A DNA stretch of 63,993 nucleotides, filler included, from Dirinaria sp. TL-2023a (taxonomy: Eukaryota): assembly GCA_051941275.1 (NCBI GenBank). It is 44 parts of 44 records of this genome, joined end to end, with 100 filler letters (N's around TTAATTAATTAA, not from the genome) between each part and the next. Parts side by side here need not be neighbours in the genome. Positions count along the whole stretch, not along the records: positions 58,370 to 59,702 come from JAVEBF010002797.1; positions 59,803 to 61,135 come from JAVEBF010002798.1; positions 61,236 to 62,568 come from JAVEBF010002799.1; positions 62,669 to 63,993 come from JAVEBF010002800.1; 40 more parts are not named here. The stretch is one strand, 5' to 3'. Shown in pieces: positions 58,270 through 63,993 of this stretch. Below the pieces are notes generated by a model. The model was given only the letters and a program-made list of their open reading frames with translations, was not told where the DNA came from and made no database searches. A program made the translations under genes and the position numbers. Every line of letters begins with the position of its first letter. Position 1 is the stretch's first letter.

Positions 58270-58876
58270 NNNNNNNNNNNNNNNNNNNNNNNNNNNNNNN
58301 NNNNNNNNNNNNNTTAATTAATTAANNNNNNNNNNNNNNNNNNNNNNNNNNNNNNNNNNNNNNNNNNNNGTGGCCTCAGACGATCACGGCAGCTCGATAC
58401 GGACGAGAACGAGCAGCGGCCGCCTGGGTACGTGTCTCGCAAAGGTCGCGATTGACGAACAGGTACACTCGACCACGGCTCCTCTGGGGGAGGACAAACG
58501 GCAGCGAGGAAGGAGAGACTCGCACGGTAGCTATCCCGCGCTCGACTGGCGAGCAAAGCAGCAGAGTCGAAGGCGACTCGAATCGGCAGCTGGATACGCG
58601 TCAAAGGTTGACAAACCAGCAGGGCCAACGGTGGCCTTCAATTGAGCTCCGGGGGAGCAACAGATTCATCGCCAAGGACGGCGACAACGTGGCTGGAATA
58701 GCCAACGACCAACTCACTAGGTCGCTAAAGGAATAGTGTATACACCACCTTCACCGCCTTGACGAGGCACCTTTTAGACGAGACGATTTCGTCTCCTCTT
58801 TCACCTTTTACAACTTCGATTCGCCCGTCACCTATACTCTATACTATACTCAATTCACTTCTGCACCTTACACGCC

Positions 58877-59702
58877 ATGGGGAACGACATCAGGAAGTCA
58901 ATTGGGTTGCTCACTCGAGCCACGAACGAGAAATGGTTCAGGAACATGAAAGACCACTTGATGGCAGAAGACCTCTGGAGGGTAGTCGAAACACCACGTT
59001 CCATCCCATACCCTGCAATCAAGACACCTACGAATTCCGAAGCATCTACACCCGGCGTAGCACTGGACCCAAACGACGTTAAAAATAATGCCAAAGCCAG
59101 ACTACATATTCGACAATGCTTGGAAGACGATGATGAGGAGGATGTGGCAGGCATGAACACGGCCAACGAGATGTACCAATACCTATACCTCAAGTATGCT
59201 GAAAAGCTCGAGACCACGAGACAGGATTACTTGAGGGAATACACCACCTACTTGAAGCCTGCGGATAAGTCAATCCAAGAAGCCCACACCCACCTCAAGA
59301 AGCTCGGACGAAAGATTGTCGCCACAAGTCCCACGCTATCACAGCTTTGCTCGGCCTCTCAAATTTTCTAGACTCTCCTACACGCACTGCCCAACGAATA
59401 CGACGCGATTCGAGATGGGATCAACGCACGAAAGGTTGATATCGGCGCCGAACGTCTTGATAAGTTCATTGCGGAGTCCCTTCAGATGCTGGAAGAGAAG
59501 GAGGCGAAAATCAAACTCGACGAGGCCGCGATGTACGCAAAGCGCGATCTAATGTTGAAACGAGGCTCCAGTCGCTCCAAATCTCGGCACCGACGACACA
59601 GCTCCTCTTCTTCAGGTTCAGGCAAGCACCGCCGAGATCGTGCTCCAAGGCCCGTATGTTGGCTCTGCTCGGAGTCTCACTCAGTGCGGAATTGCCCTCA
59701 CC
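58877..59702 (+). mobile_element. Copia-type gag with CCHC knuckle and a single in-frame TAG at 59369-59371
   Basis: KWFRNMKDHLMAEDLWRVVE, NAKARLHIRQCL, TANEMYQYLYLKY, LLHALPNEY and CWLCSESHSVRNC. Confidence 0.8.
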
Positions 59703-60619
59703 NNNNNNNNNNNNNNNNNNNNNNNNNNNNNNNNNNNNNNNNNNNNTTAATTAATTAANNNNNNNNNNNNNNNNNNNNNNNNNNNNNNNNNNNNNNNNNN
59801 NNACAGCTATTAAAACTTAATTACCCACATACTTTTAAGGTTGGCCGATTATGTGCGCTTTTCAATATGCAACCCAAACTTGCAACTCCAGCTACATCAC
59901 CAGGCGCAATATTTTTATCACGGATCTAGCGTAAATCTTTTTGCCGGCACGCAGCGTGAAAAACGACATCCGTACACTTAATCTCTCATCTCAATATGTG
60001 TTTGCACTCAGTGCTCGCACATATATCCGCGTTAAGGTGTTCGTGCAGGTTTCAAACTTGAAATCCGAAGATCTATTTCACAGAATTGTTGTAGCGAGCG
60101 AGAGTAACACGTTGCCACCCGTTTTGGACAGCGAATAAGAGCTTTCAGCTTCGATTATATTCCATAGCGCTGGAGTGTCTAACGCTTATGGCTGGGTATT
60201 GGATGGCCTCAAGCCTTCATGCCTTAAAAAATCCGGGCATCGCTAATAACCGACTTTATTTCGGCGATAGACTAGGAAGCTCTGGGCTGGAACATATCTA
60301 CGTCTTCTCAACACAGGCAGGATACATCGTATCTCAAGAGTGTCCTTTCAAGGAGGAAAAGTGGTATCAGATAGATAATCCATTGGATCCGATGAGATGA
60401 TCAGGCTAAAGAAAGCCCGAAGATCTACCGATGTGCGCAGTAGAACGCGTCCGCGTCTGATCTGCTCGCCACTTTGATATTATCCCACTTCACTCTGTCT
60501 GGCACCTGAGCTCTGAACAGCTTTTACCCTTTATTGACCTTCTTTCAAATATCCATCATGCGAATCGATCCAAGATCAGAATAAATTCATTCATGAATCT
60601 ACCATGACAATATCTCACC

Positions 60620-61135
60620 ATGCCAAGGCCAAACCGCAAACGCCAAACCCGCCTATCTTTCTCCCCACTTCCTTCCTCCTCTCCAGCAGCTGCCATCTAT
60701 CCTGAGCAAATCAAAGAAAGAGCAGCCTCGGTTCGCTACGATGGTGACCCTCGTTCATCAGCACAGCCGACCAAAAAGCGTCGTCTGGACAGTAATGGCA
60801 TGTCCAGTGGATCGCTTCTCAGCCCCACAGCGAGTTCTTCGCCAGCAGCCCCAGATAGAACCCGCGGAGTGGAAATTAACGCGACTTCGGAAACGAACGC
60901 GTCGAAGATCGGCAACAAATCTTCTGTATTTAGTCATGCAGCTTTACCTACTCCTGTAGCTTCTTCCCAGCTAGATGATATGGAGCCGCAAAGTAAGCCA
61001 CCCTAGTTCTACACTAGTTCGACGGCAATGGCCGAATTAGACTCATTCAATACATCAGGTGTTCCTAGAGAGAATCAAGAGGCAGAATTAAGTTCTAGTT
61101 CTGAGGACAAGATTCGAACTTCGATCCCCCGGAAA
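60620..61135 (+). CDS. Fungal hypothetical protein, Ser/Pro-rich N-terminus (spliced)
   Basis: Starts MPRPNRKRQTRLSFSPLPSSSP; GTAAGC donor near 60992 and CAG acceptor near 61058. Confidence 0.6.
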
Positions 61136-61468
61136 NNNNNNNNNNNNNNNNNNNNNNNNNNNNNNNNNNNNNNNNNNNNTTAATTAATTAANNNNNNNNN
61201 NNNNNNNNNNNNNNNNNNNNNNNNNNNNNNNNNNNGGCCTAATCGAGAATGCCGAGAGCGGACGGGAACGTCTTGTCTCCTCGAATGGTTCGCCTCTCTG
61301 CGAGTTCCAATTTACCACACTAGATCGATCCATCATCGCCAGACATGCTGTCGTGTAAAATGTCATATATAACATCCATCTACCATGACCTGACCATCCT
61401 CAGAGCGGGGCGCCTTCTTCATTGGGACGTTTCGTCGTTGCCTTGACTCGTCCGAAACATACTTCTTC

Positions 61469-62568
61469 ATGTATCTGACATCATCTTCATCTTCACGCGA
61501 AAACAAAGCTTTCAGTTATGATGATTGCCGTCGAATGCTGTGTAAGTCACCGAAATCAGTAATGAAGACAGCTTACTTAGTGTGGTGCAGGGCCATGGAA
61601 CACTACATGCCATTTACGCCTCAGTTCAGAAGCCTTGTGAGATCAATGGCATCGATCTCCTCATCATTGGCGGCGATTTCCAGGTCTGCCACTACTCCCA
61701 CTCCCATCTTACAAGCTACCGCAGCTGATGGCCTTAGGCAGTCTGCAACTCCTACGATCTCAATACCATGTCAGTGCCTCAGAAGTACCGCGAGATAGGC
61801 GACTTCCATGAGTACTACAGCGGAGCTCGCAAGGCCCCCTATCTTACCCTCTTCGTCGGTGAGAATCATGAGGCCAGCTCACATCTGCAAGAGCTTCATT
61901 ACGAAAGCTGGGTGGTGCCCAACATCTTCTATCTCGGCGCGGCAAATGTGGTCCGGATTGGAGATCTAAGGATAGCTGGGCTGAGTGGGATTTGGAAGGG
62001 TTACAACTACAACAAGGCACACTTCGAGAGGTTACCGTATGACGAGAACGAAATCAAGAGCCTATACCATGTTCGGGAAATCGATGTGAGGAAGCTTCTG
62101 TTGCTGCGGTCATAGGTGGATATAGGGATCAGTCATGACTGGCCACGAGGAATCGAATGGCAGGACGATCACAGAACGTTGTTCAAGCAGAAAGATCGAT
62201 CTGAGGCAGAGGCAAAAGCTGGGAGACTGGGAAGTGCTGCCGCAAGTTACGTGATGGATCGATTGAGACCGGCCCATTGGTTTTCGGCACATCTACATTG
62301 TAAGTTCGCTGCTACCGTAGACTATGGTCAGAAAATCGAGCCTGGCCATCGTCATGTACCTGTGACCAATGGCAAGGCCAACCAGAACAATGGTACTACC
62401 AATGCGGGTGAGATTGAGATCGACCTTGAGGATGACGAGGAGGCAGCCGATCAGGTCACCGATCCTAAGCCTCCAGGTCCCGTCAACAACAATGACGAGA
62501 TCGATCACGACATGGACGACGACGATCCCTCTATCTCAACACACACCACAGCCCTCAAGCCCCAATCC
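61469..62568 (+). pseudogene. DBR1: RNA lariat debranching enzyme, intron-containing copy with nonsense and catalytic-motif mutations
   Basis: IAVECC|GHGTLHAIY..DLLIIGGDFQ|AVCN..DFHEYYSG..FVGENHEAS..YESWVVPNIFYLG..SLYHVRE..RS*VDIGISHDWP..HWFSAHLH. Introns 61542-61590 and 61684-61737; TAG at 62113-62115. Confidence 0.9.
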
Positions 62569-63993
62569 NNNNNNNNNNNNNNNNNNNNNNNNNNNNNNNN
62601 NNNNNNNNNNNNTTAATTAATTAANNNNNNNNNNNNNNNNNNNNNNNNNNNNNNNNNNNNNNNNNNNNAAATCATTGCTGGCGTGGATTGTGGCAGCTAC
62701 TATACTTGGATGAACCACTAAGACGGAGGGAGATATTACATCAATCGAACTTCCGAAACCATTTTTGCTCTCCTGGATGACCGCCACTCTCGCGATGGCT
62801 CAGGCGAACGGGATGAGGATCCTGACCTACAACTAATAATTAGACTGGCTGTGGTACCAAACCTCCCGCTCGTTTGATGGGGTTACTTCAATGTAAGTCA
62901 ATCCTCTCTTCGACTTGTTGATTGGACTCTTATGGGAAACTTGCTGCAAGCCTGACATCCACTATACGCAATATTGCGCATCTCCTACACAGCTGGAAGA
63001 GCTGGTATTATGTACTTGTACCCTACCAACGATCCACATTTACTAAGGTAAATGATGGTGGGCGTCCATGGACGGCAAGAATAACCAAGAAGTCCATGTT
63101 AATCCGGGAACGGACAATGCACATTATCCAATGGCGTATGATGTTCGACTGCGGCCTCGCTTCTCTGCTACGTCTATCATGCCTTGAAATGTACTTGCTT
63201 CCTATATCTCCCTGCCTATACAGAGCATGGACACAGTCTACTGTACTTGAAGTATGCATAGACAGCCACAGTCAAACAAGCGTATGTATTTTCACTCGCG
63301 ATTCACGGTAGCAATGTCGTCATCGTCGCAGCCCTCGGGTCGCTCGGCTGCTAAATGCATATGAGCCCAGCGATAGTGGGAGTTTTCAGCTGAGGGCGCG
63401 TGGTCGACTTAAGCCTCAATATCAGTGATCTCGTCTCCACCTTTTTTCATTTTTCGGCCCTGAAGCGTGTCGTAAGAATATATACATTCGAGAAAGGGAA
63501 TGTCTGTTGCAGGTTGGTGTTTTATTGATCACAATACCGGGCAGGATGCAGCGACTCGCAAGCTTGTTTGAGTGACCGCTGCGCGACGCCACCGTCGAAG
63601 GGAAGGTTTAGGAAGCGTGCAGGAAGACGCTTAGAATCGTACAGAAGGTGGAAGTCAAGGTTCTCAGGGGTGCCCAGCCAACGAAGAGAATGACAAGCAA
63701 GAAATGTGTGGCAGTGGAGATATTACCCAGCCACGCGATCCGGATCGTCATGAAAATAGTCAAGGTGCACGCTCTCGTGTCAATTTCACTGCTCACATGG
63801 TGGCATGTCCATCTTCTCGCATGCTGGAGCCAACGGACTTCGACCCTTTCACCATTGGGGTCCTAGGTGTAACATATCACCCCGAGTACGGGATCCTCTT
63901 GCACCAATGTAAGCTTCGAATCTTGAATGCGCCTGGGCTTAGCGCCGCTGCACCCTACTGCAATAGCAATGCATGCCAGGACGCTGGCGCAGG

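Larger units (their letters stand above)
1390..62668. other. 43 artificial 100-bp contig linkers (N44-TTAATTAATTAA-N44) joining 44 unrelated size-sorted contigs
   Basis: The identical linker, with stops in all six frames, recurs about every 1.45 kb (first 1390-1489, last 62569-62668). Contig lengths fall monotonically from 1389 to about 1333 bp. Confidence 0.99.

Noticed and set aside
1390..62668. Regularly spaced TTAATTAATTAA palindromes as a biological repeat, and ORFs ending in X-runs or LIN
   Set aside because: Artificial all-frame-stop linkers embedded in Ns; ORFs crossing them are artefacts.
1..63993. Gene cluster or operon-like system formed by neighbouring genes (e.g. ankyrin + recombinase + STE3)
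   Set aside because: The contigs are merely size-sorted, so adjacency across linkers has no biological meaning.
62669..63993. Possible degenerate gene fragments in the last contig
   Set aside because: Short frames with stops and no family motif I can support.

Overview
This window is not one locus. It is 44 short contigs (about 1.39 kb decreasing to 1.33 kb, sorted by size) joined by 43 artificial 100-bp linkers (N44-TTAATTAATTAA-N44). Two contigs overlap by exactly 141 bp, which suggests a k=141 de Bruijn (MEGAHIT-type) assembly. The DNA comes from a filamentous ascomycete (Pezizomycotina), with spliceosomal GT-AG introns and CTAAC/CTGAC branch sites. Recognisable gene fragments: proteasome alpha-6 (PRE5), a LOG-family protein, the STE3 pheromone receptor, uricase, ERG3, a PTH11-like rhodopsin-domain protein, an ankyrin-repeat protein, an AKAP7-like 2H protein, and pseudogenised copies of DBR1, an FtsJ-like methyltransferase and a ferric-reductase-like gene. 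Many contigs are transposon debris: Ty3/Gypsy, Copia, Tad1-like LINE, a DIRS/Ngaro-type recombinase, a Crypton-like element and Mutator. Three observations stand out. (1) A multicopy ~470-bp non-coding LTR mini-element (TRIM-like) has a primer-binding site complementary to its own LTR (Tf1-type self-priming) and carries a tRNA-T-arm-like hairpin. (2) A second non-coding LTR element has an interior made of 50-bp and 47-bp tandem arrays, and it and a third LTR family show the same self-complementary PBS design. (3) Repeats show RIP-like hypermutation strongly biased to CpC->TpC (GG->GA) rather than canonical CpA->TpA. All family calls come from motif recognition by eye; no searches were run.
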